DNA from: an uncultured Acidobacteriota bacterium
GTDB lineage: Bacteria > Acidobacteriota > Thermoanaerobaculia > Multivoradales > SZUA-115
Reading direction: 5' to 3'
Length of the DNA stretch: 64,000 bases
Assembly (NCBI GenBank): GCA_963805975.1
Contig: CAWDVR010000005.1
Span: 640,001 to 704,000, forward strand
In this document: in pieces, positions 1 through 10,723 of the stretch
Layout: the number at the start of each line of letters is the position of its first letter
How positions within the stretch are numbered: position 1 is the first letter of the stretch
Position numbers and translations under genes: made by a program
The notes under the pieces: generated by a model
Told to the model about the DNA's origin: nothing
Database searches by the model: none
The model's input: only the letters and a program-made list of their open reading frames with translations

Positions 1-181
1 TCCTGGTGAAGACGGGCCGCCCGCGCTTGGCTGCGGTCTCGCGCTCCTCGAACCACTCGCTGATCTCTATCCCGCGTGCCTGCGCGTACCGCGCAATGGC
101 GTCCTGCTGGACTTCGAGCGAGACACCCTGTTCACCCTGCTTTGCCGTGGATACGCGGATGTATCCGAAGCATAGGGTCAT
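1..181 (-). CDS. Serine recombinase, N-terminus only (runs off the window edge)
   Basis: Not in the ORF track. Manual translation MTLCFGYIRVSTAKQGEQGVSLEVQQDAIARYA...WFEERETAAKRGRPVF contains the YxRVST catalytic-Ser motif and the RP motif. Confidence 0.9.
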   Translation of the reverse strand, partial: MTLCFGYIRVSTAKQGEQGVSLEVQQDAIARYAQARGIEISEWFEERETAAKRGRPVFTR

Positions 182-390
182 GAATGAAACGGTATTGAGT
201 TGTAAAGGTTCGACCTGGGGTTCAGCGTATGCCGCTCGTCGCTCTCTGTCAAAGCGGCAGGATGATTGTGGCTTGCGATCTCACCGGCGAGCGTGACCCA
301 CGAGCGGGTGAACTCCGCGACGGCCTGCTGCTCGCTCTCGGCGAGGTGCGGCAGCAGGCGCTCGATAGTTGCTTGAAGGGAATCAGTCAT
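178..390 (-). CDS. Small hypothetical protein, translationally coupled to the recombinase
   Basis: 70-aa ORF MTDSLQATIERLL...; its TGA overlaps the recombinase ATG (ATGA). Confidence 0.5.
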   Translation of the reverse strand: MTDSLQATIERLLPHLAESEQQAVAEFTRSWVTLAGEIASHNHPAALTESDERHTLNPRSNLYNSIPFHS

Positions 391-498
391 TCGATTTAGG
401 GTACTGACAACTCCTGCGCCGAGAAGACCGGCGTTCATGCTCCTCGGGCACAAGCTCCTGCCTTTTCCTCCTGAAGCGCGGAGCACACCCTGTGCTCC

Positions 499-1118
499 AT
501 GAATACACACACCCGCGCGTACGCGCTCCGCCTGCATCGTCGTCTTCCCGAAGAGATCTGGGAACTGCTTCGCGACCTGGGCATTCCCGACTCGCTCGTC
601 CATGACGGACTCATCGGGTGGGACGGCAGGCATGTAACGGTTCCGCTCATCACGCGCGACCGCAGAATCGCAGGCTTCGAGCCCCTCGCGATCTCCGAGC
701 GCGGCATGTCGAGGTTGCCGAGGAGAGCGTCCCTGCCCGCCGACCGTTCCTCTACGGTGAGCACGCGCTCTCGTCGAAGCCGCGGCATGCCGTTCTCGCC
801 CAAGGCGTGGTCGAGGCCCTTGTTCTCGGCGGAGCGGGATTCACAGCTCTCGCAGCGACCGGTGACGGGCTCAGTTTCAAGAGAGACGAGTGGATCGACC
901 CGCTCTCGAAGATCGGGGAGCTGCTCGTCTGCCTGAAGCGAAGCGAGGAGAGCGTCAAAGCCGGCCTCTATCTCTCCTCAATCCTCCCGAACTGTCGCTT
1001 GGTGATGCTTCCCCCCGAGGTGCCGATCAGCGGCGGAGTCGCCGAGTTCCTCTCTGGTGTCGGGACGGCGGACGACCTTCGGAAGCTCCTGAACGCGACC
1101 GCAGAGAGCCGTGCCTGA
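499..1118 (+). CDS. TOPRIM/DnaG-like primase-family protein, frameshifted, with degenerate catalytic residues
   Basis: Joined frames 499..936 and 618..1118 read IGWDGRHVTVPL...LYG...AQGVVEALVL...ATG...VCLKRS...LPPEV..GGVAEFL, following the TOPRIM layout. Confidence 0.6.
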
Positions 1119-2476
1119 GGCGGAGAAGGAGAAGCGCCGACCGCGGCCGTCTGTCGGTGCGGTGCTTGAAGGCGGCGAGATCGTCGAGATGATCCGCACG
1201 CAGGCAGGCGACGAGATTCCTCCTATGGGACGGGGAGACTTCCCGTGAGGAGTGCTCCGTTGACCTGCCTTTCGGGACTCCGCCTGGTGCCGTACTCGCC
1301 GGAGAACAACCTCCTCGTGCATCAGGTGGTGCTCTTCCCATCCGGCACCGAGGAGTACGGGGGCGAAGCGGAGCTCGCTGCTGCCGTCCAGTCCTTCATC
1401 CATCGATATGTGGATCTCTCGCCCCTCTACGAAGAAGTCGCCGCCTGGTACGTGCTCTTCACGTGGATCTACGATTCCTTCAACGAGGTGCCGTACCTCC
1501 GCGTCCGCGGCGACTATGGCTCCGGCAAGTCGCGCTTCCTCCTCACCGTGGGCTCCCTCTGCTACCGGCCGATCTTCGCCTCGGGCGCTTCGACCGTCTC
1601 TCCCATCTTTCGGATACTGGACTCCATGAAGGGAACCCTCGTCGTTGACGAGGGAGACTTCCGCGTCTCCGACGAGAAGGCGGAGGTGGTCAAGATCCTC
1701 AACAACGGGAACGCGCGCGGTTTCCCCGTGCTCCGAAGCGAGCAGACGCCTTCCAAGGAATTCAACCCGACCGCGTACTCGGTCTTCGGCCCCAAGCTCG
1801 TCGCGACACGCGGTTTCTTTGAGGATCGGGCGCTTGAGAGCCGGTGCATCACCGAAGAGCTGGGCGGAAGATCGCTCCGCCGCGACATCCCGCTCAACCT
1901 GCCGGCGAGCTTCCGAGAGGAGGCGCTTAACCTGCGCAACAAGCTTCTCTTGTATCGGTTCAGGAACAGGGGCCGAGAGCGGCTGCTCGGTGAGGTCGAA
2001 GACCGGACGCTTGAGCCACGGGTCTCGCAGATCTTTGCGCCGCTGCTCGCGACCGTGAGCGACGTGCAGGCGCGGGAGCGCGTGAAGCTCCTGGCCCAAG
2101 GCGCAAGCAAAGGACTGACCGTCGAGCGGTCAGCGACGATCGAGGCGCAGGTGGTCGAGGTGCTCTCCGAGTTCGTCGGTACTCGCGAGACAGTCTCGGT
2201 CAAGGAGATCACCGAGCGATTCCAAGTGAGGTTCGGCGGAGAGCTGGAGCGGCCCGTGTCGCCCCGGTGGGTCGGGTCGATCCTCCGGCGCCGCCTTTTC
2301 TTGGCGCATGCAAGAGCAACGGCACGTTCGTCCTTTCGCTTGCCGACCGCGAGAACACGGCCCGCCTCATGGAGAGTACGGCGTCCTCACCTCCAGTGGA
2401 GATGGGGACGTCGGGATGTCTCAGGGGGACGCGCTCGACGGATAGCTCCGTCGGCAGCGATACCGCGGGCCGGTGA
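1111..2476 (+). CDS. P-loop ATPase, primase-associated (helicase-like), frameshifted near both ends
   Basis: Walker A GDYGSGKS, Walker B LVVDEGD, and an ALESR arginine-finger-like motif. The GTG at 1111 overlaps the end of the primase-like gene. The 3' end is approximate. Confidence 0.7.
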
Positions 2477-2592
2477 TGCCCGTCCTCTCGGTCGTCCCCA
2501 CGTCCCTATGTCTGCGGAGAACCGCTGACAGTCTCCCCAGACTCCTGCCACAGCGGCAGGAGTCTCTTTGATTTTTTCCCTAGGTCGCTCGG

Positions 2593-2955
2593 GTGACTTG
2601 TTCTGCGGACTATCCACGTCCTCTCAACAACTACATCAAAACGCATCGCAAGCGCCTGGGCCTTTCCCAGGATCGGCTGGCGCTGCTCCTCGGCGTCGAG
2701 GAAGGCGCCCGGTCTCTCGCTATGAGAGCGGCCGCATCCCAAGCCTGGTGACTGCGATCACGCTCTCCCGCGTCTTCGGGGTCTCCGTCGAGAGCTTGTT
2801 CTTGGAGAAGTCCTCAAGGTCGGATCGTTACTCGCACAACGTGTCCATGCCCTCGAAGGGCGGGTCGAGAAAGAGACACACCGAGGCGACAGCGAGCGGA
2901 AGCTAGAGATCCTCTGCGATATCGCCGAGCGGGTAGGCACCACGCATCACCATGA
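2593..2955 (+). CDS. XRE-family HTH regulator, frameshifted
   Basis: NYIKTHRKRLGLSQDRLALLLGV joined to VSRYESGRIPSLVTAITLSRVFGVSVESLF across a frameshift near 2710. Ends are approximate. Confidence 0.8.
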
Positions 2956-3444
2956 ACCATCTCGGAGTGCTCGCGCTTGACCCCACTACCAAAGGCTTCG
3001 CCTATGCAGTCCTCGAAGGAAGCGCAAGCTTCTTGATTGGGGCCTTGCGCAGTCCCGTGTGAAGAGCGACCCCCAGAGCCTTCGACGGATCAAAGCGCTC
3101 CTTGACCGCTACGAGCCTGATCTCCTTGTCCTCGAAGAAGGCGAAGGCTCCCGAAGGGGTGCTCGCGCCAAGCGCCTCCTCGGGAAGGTGGAGGCGCTCG
3201 CACGAGAGCGCGGCATCGCTGTTCGCAGTGTCTCGCGCACGCAGGTGCGCGAGGCTTCAAGCTCTCGGGCACGACGAAGCGCTCGATCGCTCTCGAAGTC
3301 ACGCGCCGCTACCGATACCTTACGCTCCGGCTGCCCAGGCGACGCAAGCCCTGGGATAGCGAGACGGAGCGGATGTCGATCTTTGATGCGGTCTCATTCG
3401 GGCTCGCCGCTCTGTGGGCTATCGAAGGCACCGAGGCCGCGTAG
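2952..3444 (+). CDS. Small RuvC-like (RNase H fold) nuclease/resolvase, frameshifted
   Basis: Reconstructed as MNHLGVLALDPTTKGFAYAVLE...DWG...YEPDLLVLEE...MSIFDAVSFGL, showing the D, E, D pattern of RuvC-like proteins. Confidence 0.65.
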
Positions 3445-3524
3445 CTCCCGGACAGTCGAAACCCGCAACCAGCCCGCCGACAGCGGCAGGCTCGGGGGCG
3501 GTGTACTTCACGAAGGGAGGTCGT

Positions 3525-3806
3525 GTGGAAACAAAGGCGGCACTGTCCCGCTCGGACAGGTCGTCGCGACGCCGGGAGCGCTGGAGGCGCTCGCCGCCGC
3601 GAACCAGAGTCCGGCGGAGTTCCTGTCCCGGCACGTCTTCGGCGATTGGGGTCGCTGTGCAGGGAAGACAAGCGGACGAACGGAGATGCACTCCGGAACG
3701 GCCTGCGCGTCCTCTCGGCGTCAGGACAACGAAGGACGTGAAGCTCTGGGTCGTCGCCGAAGCGGATCGTTCCTTCACCTACCCTCTCCTGCCTCGACAG
3801 TACTGA
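3525..3806 (+). CDS. Small mobile-element hypothetical protein, frameshifted
   Basis: GGGAGG RBS, then PLGQVVATPGALEAL...FLSRHVFGDWG..CREDKRTN..AL..GLRVLSA...LWVVAEADRS. I recognise this pattern from plasmid/ICE hypothetical proteins. Confidence 0.65.
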   Translation: METKAALSRSDRSSRRRERWRRSPPRTRVRRSSCPGTSSAIGVAVQGRQADERRCTPERPARPLGVRTTKDVKLWVVAEADRSFTYPLLPRQY

Positions 3807-3879
3807 GTCCCCACCTGACGACCAAAGAAGGCGAGGCGAGCCCCTGGCTCGCGTGGGGGAGAGATGCTTCCCCAAGGAG

Positions 3880-4370
3880 ATGACGTGTGCGACACGTGAG
3901 AAATTTCTCGATCGAGGCGGTGATCGACGGACGGGAGTTCGGCTCCGAGGCGGGCCGCGGGCACGGGAGGGAGCGCTCTCCCTCCGGCTCTCCAGCGGGA
4001 CGGCGCCAGAAGCTCTGCTCGCACTTGAGGTCTTCTGCTCTGCGACCGCAAGCGGGGTGCTCCGGCTCCACCTCTTCCCCAAGCTCCCGACAAGGCCCGC
4101 CCTTCCCTCTGACGTGCTCTCGATCGAGACGAGGAGGTGAGGCGTGATCTTGGTAGAGTCCCGGTGCCGGTTGAGGTCGCGGTGGACTTGGAGGACCAGA
4201 GAGTGCTGTCGGTGACGGTCTGCGACAAGCTTGTGGGAGCGCGGGTCGCCTTCTACGCGTCAACGGTCGTGAGCCTAGGTGGAGGAGATAGTCGAGGCCC
4301 GGAGGATCGCGAGGCGGGCTCTCTGGCCGGCGTGGGAGGTCGGGTGTTGGCGGGGCGTGGTGCTTGTTCT
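3880..4370 (+). CDS. One or two small hypothetical genes, frameshifted
   Basis: AAGGAG RBS near 3875 and GGAGG near 4133; fragments VRNFSIEAVIDGR...GGPRAREG and PVEVAVDLEDQRVLSV. Boundaries are uncertain. Confidence 0.35.
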
Positions 4371-4379
4371 TTGGGTACG

Positions 4380-4401
4380 GGGAGGCTCGCGAGAGCCTCC
4401 C
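4380..4401. terminator. Hairpin between convergent units, likely a terminator
   Basis: GGGAGGCTC-GCGA-GAGCCTCCC: perfect 9-bp stem with a GNRA loop. Confidence 0.6.
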
Positions 4402-4424
4402 TTCTGCGTAGCATCGCTGCCGTA

Positions 4425-7400
4425 CTACGGAACTACGAGCGTCCCCGCCGACATGTCGCCAGTCTCGAATCCATCAGCGAAGATCGGAATGCGCATGCCG
4501 TAGTCGTGAAGGTAGAGTCGGCGCTTCTGGCGGTACGTTGGTATTGGTTGCCACAGTCCGGTAGTCGTAGGTGGTGCCGCATGACAAGCCGGTCACCACC
4601 TCCCCGAGGGTGATCTCGTCGGATCCACGTCCGAAGTCCCGCACCGGAGTCTGGTGTCCGTCAAGGTGTCGAGGCCCCACTCAAAATAACCCGTGTAGGT
4701 CGCTCAATCGATTGACCGATCCTCTCAGAAGCACGCTTATCGCATCGACATAGAGCTGTCCATGAATGGTAGCCAGGGGAAGATTGGGGTTGGTGCCACA
4801 GATGGTCTCTGGTGTCGACCTCGCGAGATGTTTTCTCTCTAAACTGCGCCTTGTCAGAGGCTGACTGAGCCTGAACGACCACCCAGCCTACCTTCCAGGA
4901 GAAGCGCTGAGCCTGCTGGCAAAGTCTTCATCATCGTTGTCGCCGCCGGCCGGAAATGTTTTCGAAGAAATAGTATGGATACCCTGAAGCGGCTCCAGCC
5001 GAGCTGGTATATGTGAAGTCGAAGCGCCCCGATCGCCGTTGCAGTAGGGCTCAACGCCTACGCTGGCCGTGAACGCTCTCGGTGCCGAGGAGCCGTGCAA
5101 ACGGTCCGGGACGACCACACTACACCTGAAATCATTGCTGAAGCGGCCGCATTCTCGGCAATGACATCGTCAGGTCACCCGGGCCGGGCAGACGGAATCT
5201 ACAAATGCGTACCTACATGCTAGTGTACGACGCCTGGGCTAAAGAGACCGATTCGCTCGATGCGGCAGCTCGTCACCAAACCGGTGGCCACACCAAACGC
5301 ACCATGCGGTGCTACCATCACAAACGGAGGCAGTTCCTCGCGACGGGGCGCTGGGTGGGTCGGTAGCTCCAACCGGTCGCCACACTCGGCACTATAGACG
5401 TAGGCAACAGCAGTATCTGATTCAGACCGGTATTCCGTCAACTGTCGCACGAACACGGAACTGATAGCGGTTGATGGCTTGAAGCGCGGTCTTCACGAGG
5501 TGTTGGGGTCCGTCGATAAGCGTATTTACGGTGGCAGTGTGTCCGCCATCAAGTCGCTCCACGGTGACAGCCGGCGACACGCCTGCCGCATGATCCAGCC
5601 GAGCGTCACCGCTGGCTGGCTCAGCGCGCCTCTGCTCGCTCCGCAAAGAGAAGCAGTTGATCCGAGACCACCGGTTCATCGCAAGGGCTCGTCGTGAATG
5701 CGAGCGTCGCCCCGTCATCATGGCCGGCGCTTCTCTGCGCGTGCGCCTCGAAGTAGTAGGTGGTGTCGCAGCCCAGGCCGGTAAGAGTGTGCGTTAGCTC
5801 TCTCCAGAGTCTCCGGAGCCGACACTCTGCGAGGGTGTCGAGTCTCCCAAGCTGGGCGCGGTTCCCCACTCGAACCATGCTTGTGTCGTAACCCCGTTCG
5901 GGAGTGTCTCGGCGGTAGACGGGCGGAATCTCGGTGATCTGATTTGCTGGATCAGTATCTGCCCGCGGCGGCGTCACGGGACACTCGTCCGTCTGGAAGA
6001 AACGTTGAGACCATCGTCGCTGCCTGCGCTGTTCTCGGCGTTCGCCTCTCTGCGTAGTAGAGCGTGTCGCACTCAAGACCAAAGACTGTATGGCTGAAGG
6101 TCTGAGGTTCGATCCGTTTCCCACGCCAATGTGTTCCGTGTCCGGGTCGGGGGTCGAGTCACCGGCTTCGAAGTCGAACCAGACCTCGGTAGAGAGCCCG
6201 TTCGAGTCAACTGTCATGTTGAGCCGAGCAGACGTCGCGGTCACCTGATCCTCATCAAGGGTTGTCACGGTCGGCGCGGTTCCCTCAGGGAGTTCCACTT
6301 CGAGGCTCACGTCGTCGATACGGAAGGTGGTCGGCTGCGAGTCGTTGTTGGTGGTTCCGAGGAAGTGCAGGCGCACGGTGTCGCCGATGAAGTTCTCGAG
6401 GTTGAACTGCCGGCGGACATAGCTACTCGAAGCGTCCTGATTCGAGTAGAGCCGAAGGGTGGCGCGGAAGTCGCCATCGGAGTCCTGAAGGGTGGCATTG
6501 AGGAAGTCCTGGGCTGCTCCGCCCGAGGGCTCACTGGTAGAGATCCTCGTCCAGAAGGTCAAGAGCGCCGACTCAGCGTCGGCCGGATCGTGACCTGCTG
6601 GTAGATCGTGCCGTTGAGACTGTTACCCGCGCTGCCGTCGGGCTCGGAAAGATAGGCATAGCCCGGCCCGAAATTGTGTGAGCCGAAGCGGTCATCAGCA
6701 TGGAAGTCGCCCGAAAGGGTCCAGTGGTCATCGTCGTCGAGGAAATCGCCATTCTGGATGAGATCGAGAGTCTGTGTCCCTCCACCACCACAGGCAGTCG
6801 TCTGGAAGGTACGGGTCGCCCCACTGACAGGACTCGGGCTGGCGCTGTTGTCAGCTTTGGCACGGAAGGAGTAGGTTCTGTTGCAGGCGAGCCCACCCAA
6901 GGTCATGCTCACCGGTACAGAGGTTCCTCCGGGTGGAACCGTCTGCGAGCCAGTGATGAAGTTGAGGCTGGAGCCCTCACCCCAATCGAACCAGACCTCT
7001 GTGCCACCACCGTTGGGGCTGACTGTCATGTTAAGAGAGGCCGCAGACTGGCTTATGGCAGTAGCTGCCACCGTGGTGATAGTGGGAGAGGTGGCGGACG
7101 AAGCGCCGAAATACCAGTTAGCAGAGCGTCGGACTCGAATGGGAGCACTCGTAATCCGAGCGTGTCCATTTGCAAAGAACGCTCTCTCCGCGTCTGTAGT
7201 TGCCACCTCGAGGTCAGGGTCGTCAACGGACCGTATCGGAATATCGCAGAGTGCCAAACTGTCCGTAAATGCAAGGCCGATTCTGTAGTCGTCGACTGTT
7301 CCTGCCAATTCGTCCAAGCCGCCCATGGCCATAAGAAGCGTAGCCACGTCATCACTAGTCAGCTGCCGTTGAATCTCGCGCAGTTGAGGATTCTGACCCT

Positions 7401-8102
7401 GTTGCATTACGGCTTCAGTGGGCGGTAGTCCCAAGAGCTGCGCCAGGTCTCTACTGGCATTGGCCGCAAAGGAGTGCCCGCTTGGGAGGTGTTGGGTGCT
7501 CCTAGATAGGTCGAGGAGTCAACTGGTTCCCACCCCACGAACGGATTGTTGGCGTCCTTGAAGAACCAGTGGAGGTTTCCATCGTCTCCGCGGCTATCGT
7601 CGGATGTTCCGGGTTCACCGTCTGGGCCGAGTCCGAATTCCAAGATTGTATTGGTACCGGCTGTAGACTGAGTGAAGTCGGAGTGTGCACAATATGGATC
7701 AGAGGCTGGACATGACTCGGCCCCGAGGTTTGGATGATGAAGTCCTAGCGCGTGGCCGAGTTCATGGAGGATGGTTGATTCGAAGTCGCGGTGGTTTGGC
7801 GGCACTTCGCTTGCGTTTGTCGTAAGATTACCGAAGCTCGGCTCCGATTCGTTCCACGTTTCAATTGCGTTGAAGATTCCTTGTCGTGAAGCTACCTCTG
7901 CTGTGCTCGTTCCGTCGATACAGACTCGGAGAAGGAGCGAAGTGCCGGAGCCGGTGTAGCCCATTGGATGAGTGATCGTATTTGAGCGGCCAGGCTCACC
8001 GCTAAAGAGGAAGGATCCGGCTATTAGCTGGGTCGGAAGGCCAAGCCAGAGCAAGAGAAGTATCTGGTGCCGCGTTCCTGTTAGAGCGTTGGGTAGTTTC
8101 AC
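4425..8102 (-). CDS. Large secreted metzincin (matrixin-like) metalloprotease with FN3-like repeats, broken by several frameshifts
   Basis: Signal peptide, HELGHALGLHH zinc motif, four GLxCxxxYx(F/Y) repeats, and C-terminal PIFADGFETGD before TAG at 4425. Pieces are 7407..8102, 6559..7434, 5621..6562 and 4474..4680. Continuity through 4700-5600 is inferred. Confidence 0.65.
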
Positions 8103-8818
8103 TACTCGATCCTCGCCATGTCGGCCGCATCGCTTGCCCAGCGATTGAGGGTGCGCGCTGTCGCATCAAGGGTAGGCAAGAGTGAGAGCCCATTGTTTTC
8201 ACGTGCAGCGCTCGAGAGAGCATAGACTACGATCTCCTGTGCTCCGTGCGACTCTGCATGCACTCCGTGCAGTACTAAGGATCTGAGATCGAAGTTAAAA
8301 ACGGAGTAGTTCCCATCTATGATCCGTCGTGCCGACCCGTCGGCGCGACGTGGAAACAGCAGTTCATGGTTGGTAAGGTTCGTTGTCGTGGAGAGAAGCG
8401 GGATCTCGTCGAGTAGAGGCTCCAAGAGAGCAATGACCTCTTCAGGCGTGACCGAGAAGGTAAACGTGCCAGCGCGCTTATCTGCCTTTGGGAAGACGGC
8501 ATAGCCCTGTCCGGAGGCAAAAAGCCGCACGAGAATGGTGTCTTCTCCTTGTTCATTTGACAGCACGCGCCACTCGACGACAGGTGAGGCCGAAGTGAAG
8601 AGTGGACGGGAGTCCGAAGCGACAACCGTGGGCTGTGATAGGGCCGGAGATGTGGACTGATCGAGAGGATGAGGATGGGTCGATGGCCCGTCGCTTCGGG
8701 TCTGTTCAGGTGGTCGCTTCCAAAGTGGGGTAGCTTGAGAGGGCGACCAGATGCTGGTCAGAAACAGAGATAGGCACACAATTGTGCATATAGATATAGA
8801 TACCTTGAATACTTTCAT
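8102..8818 (-). CDS. Secreted hypothetical protein
   Basis: Hydrophobic N-terminus ending SQA; its stop overlaps the protease start. Confidence 0.6.
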   Translation of the reverse strand: MKVFKVSISICTIVCLSLFLTSIWSPSQATPLWKRPPEQTRSDGPSTHPHPLDQSTSPALSQPTVVASDSRPLFTSASPVVEWRVLSNEQGEDTILVRLFASGQGYAVFPKADKRAGTFTFSVTPEEVIALLEPLLDEIPLLSTTTNLTNHELLFPRRADGSARRIIDGNYSVFNFDLRSLVLHGVHAESHGAQEIVVYALSSAARENNGLSLLPTLDATARTLNRWASDAADMARIE

Positions 8819-8944
8819 GGTGAGATAATGGCCTGATGATGGAAGGGTGTCAAGCACTGACGTTGTCCTCTTAGAAGCAGGGATCGCCCCCGTGGTAAGT
8901 AGATTTGGTTAGTGCATCCTGGCTGGATGCCTCACAGTCCTTGC

Positions 8945-10131
8945 GTGAAGATAATTTGCCTTGCCCGTACAACCCACCGCAACGTCGGCAGATCCTTCGG
9001 CATCCGTGATCGCGATCGCCTCTCCCACCTCTACACGATCGGCAAGACGGGCACCGGCAAGTCCACGCTCCTCAAGACCCTCATCGCCCAAGACTTCGCT
9101 GCGGGCAATGGCCTCGCACTCTTCGACCCTCACGGAGACCTCGTAGAGGAGTTGCTTGGGCTCGTACCTTCCTCTCGCCAGGCCGACCTCATCTACCTCA
9201 ACGTCCCGGACTCATCCCAGGCCTTCTTCTTTAACGCGTTAAGAGATGTCCCTGCAGGTCAGGAGGCTCTCGCTGTAGCGGGCCTGGTCGAAGTCTTCAA
9301 GAAGCTCTGGCCGGATGATTGGGGGCCGCGGCTTGAGCATCTCCTGCGAAACGTCCTTTTCACCTTGGTCGAGACACCTGGGGCACACCTCGGGCTCATT
9401 CCGCGCCTCCTCTCTGACCGCGACTGGCGGCGGGATGTCGTGAAGAAGATCCGCAACGAAGAAGTACGCTCGTTCTGGCAGACCGAGTTTGAGCGGTACT
9501 CCCAGCCTTTCGGGCAGTCGTCACGGCACCCCTCCTCAACAAAGTCGGGGCGTTCCTCACCGACCCTCGCCTCAAGGCGATCCTCACTGGAGAGCGGTCG
9601 TCGTTTGACCTGCGGAAGGTGATGGACGAGGGGAAGATCCTCTTGGTGAATCTCGCCCGTGGTCGGATCGGGGAAGGGCCTGCCGCGCTCCTAGGCTCCC
9701 TCCTGGTTTCGTCGCTCTCTCTGGCTGCATTCGCCCGCGCAGATCAACCCGAGGAGGCTCGCCGGCCGTTCTTCCTCTACCTCGACGAGTTCCACACGTT
9801 CGCCACCCTCTCTCTCGCGACCATGCTCTCGGAGCTGCGGAAGTACCGTGTCGGCCTGGTCTTGGCCCACCAGTACCTCTCGCAGCTTGAGACCGAGATC
9901 CGCGATGCAGTCTTCGGGAACGTGGGCACGCTGATCTCGTTTCGTGTCGGCGCCTTGGACGCACCCGTGATCGCCCGCGAGCTGTCTCCTACGTTCGAGC
10001 CTGACGACCTGATCTCGCTCCCGAACTACCACATCTACCTGCGGCTCATGATCGACGGGGAGCCGAGCAAGCCGTTTAGTGCGAGGACGATCCAGCCGGA
10101 GGAGGTGCGCTTCCTCCAGCGAGCTGCCTGA
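8945..10131 (+). CDS. VirD4/TrwB-like (HerA/FtsK superfamily) ATPase, with a frameshift near 9510
   Basis: HLYTIGKTGTGKS Walker A, FDPHGD, LYLDEF Walker B and ELRKYRVGLVLAHQ. No N-terminal transmembrane segment is visible. Confidence 0.85.
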
Positions 10132-10255
10132 CATTCTTCGTGGAGTAGGTGGCCGGAGACCATAAAGCTTGGAGGTGGATAAGTAAGCAAGGGGGCAACT
10201 CTGGGACTTAATCGAGCGACCGGGTCACTTCTCCATCATAGAGGAACCCTCGACC

Positions 10256-10723
10256 CTAGAACCTGACAGTAAAGTTCACGCTTTCTCCTGCGCGCAACTG
10301 AAGCCTCTGTGAAATTTGAGTGACTTGCTCTCGGCTGCCGGTCGCAGGGTCAATGATGAAGCCGTTCAAGATAACCTGGTAGAGCATGACCGCACGTTCC
10401 TGACGAATCACGGTAACTCTCACGGTGTGGTTGCCGGGCGAGATTCCCTGAACGTCTCCGGCGATCGCGCAATTGAACTCACATCCGTCTCCTGTCCTGC
10501 TCCAGTCGGTACGGCCGACCTCCCGGCCGTCAAAAAAGGTGGCGCCTTCCAAAATACCACCCTGAAAGTTACCGGGTATAGGGAAGACGTTGAATTGGAA
10601 GCGCTTGCCGGTTGGTGGAGGCGGCTCAGTGGGGCCACCGCCACCACCGCCTCCTCCGCCACAGGCAAAGCACAGCAGGGACAGGCCGAAGACTGCGAGT
10701 GCGGAACTGAATCTGCGGTTCAT
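10256..10723 (-). CDS. Lipoprotein of unknown function
   Basis: Signal peptide with a lipobox-like CFAC, a poly-Gly/Pro tether and a beta-rich domain. Confidence 0.7.
   Translation of the reverse strand: MNRRFSSALAVFGLSLLCFACGGGGGGGGGPTEPPPPTGKRFQFNVFPIPGNFQGGILEGATFFDGREVGRTDWSRTGDGCEFNCAIAGDVQGISPGNHTVRVTVIRQERAVMLYQVILNGFIIDPATGSREQVTQISQRLQLRAGESVNFTVRF

Noticed and set aside
2952-3444. RuvC-like gene as TnpB/IscB/Cas12
   Set aside because: Only about 160 aa, with no zinc finger or HNH domain and no adjacent array or transposon ends.
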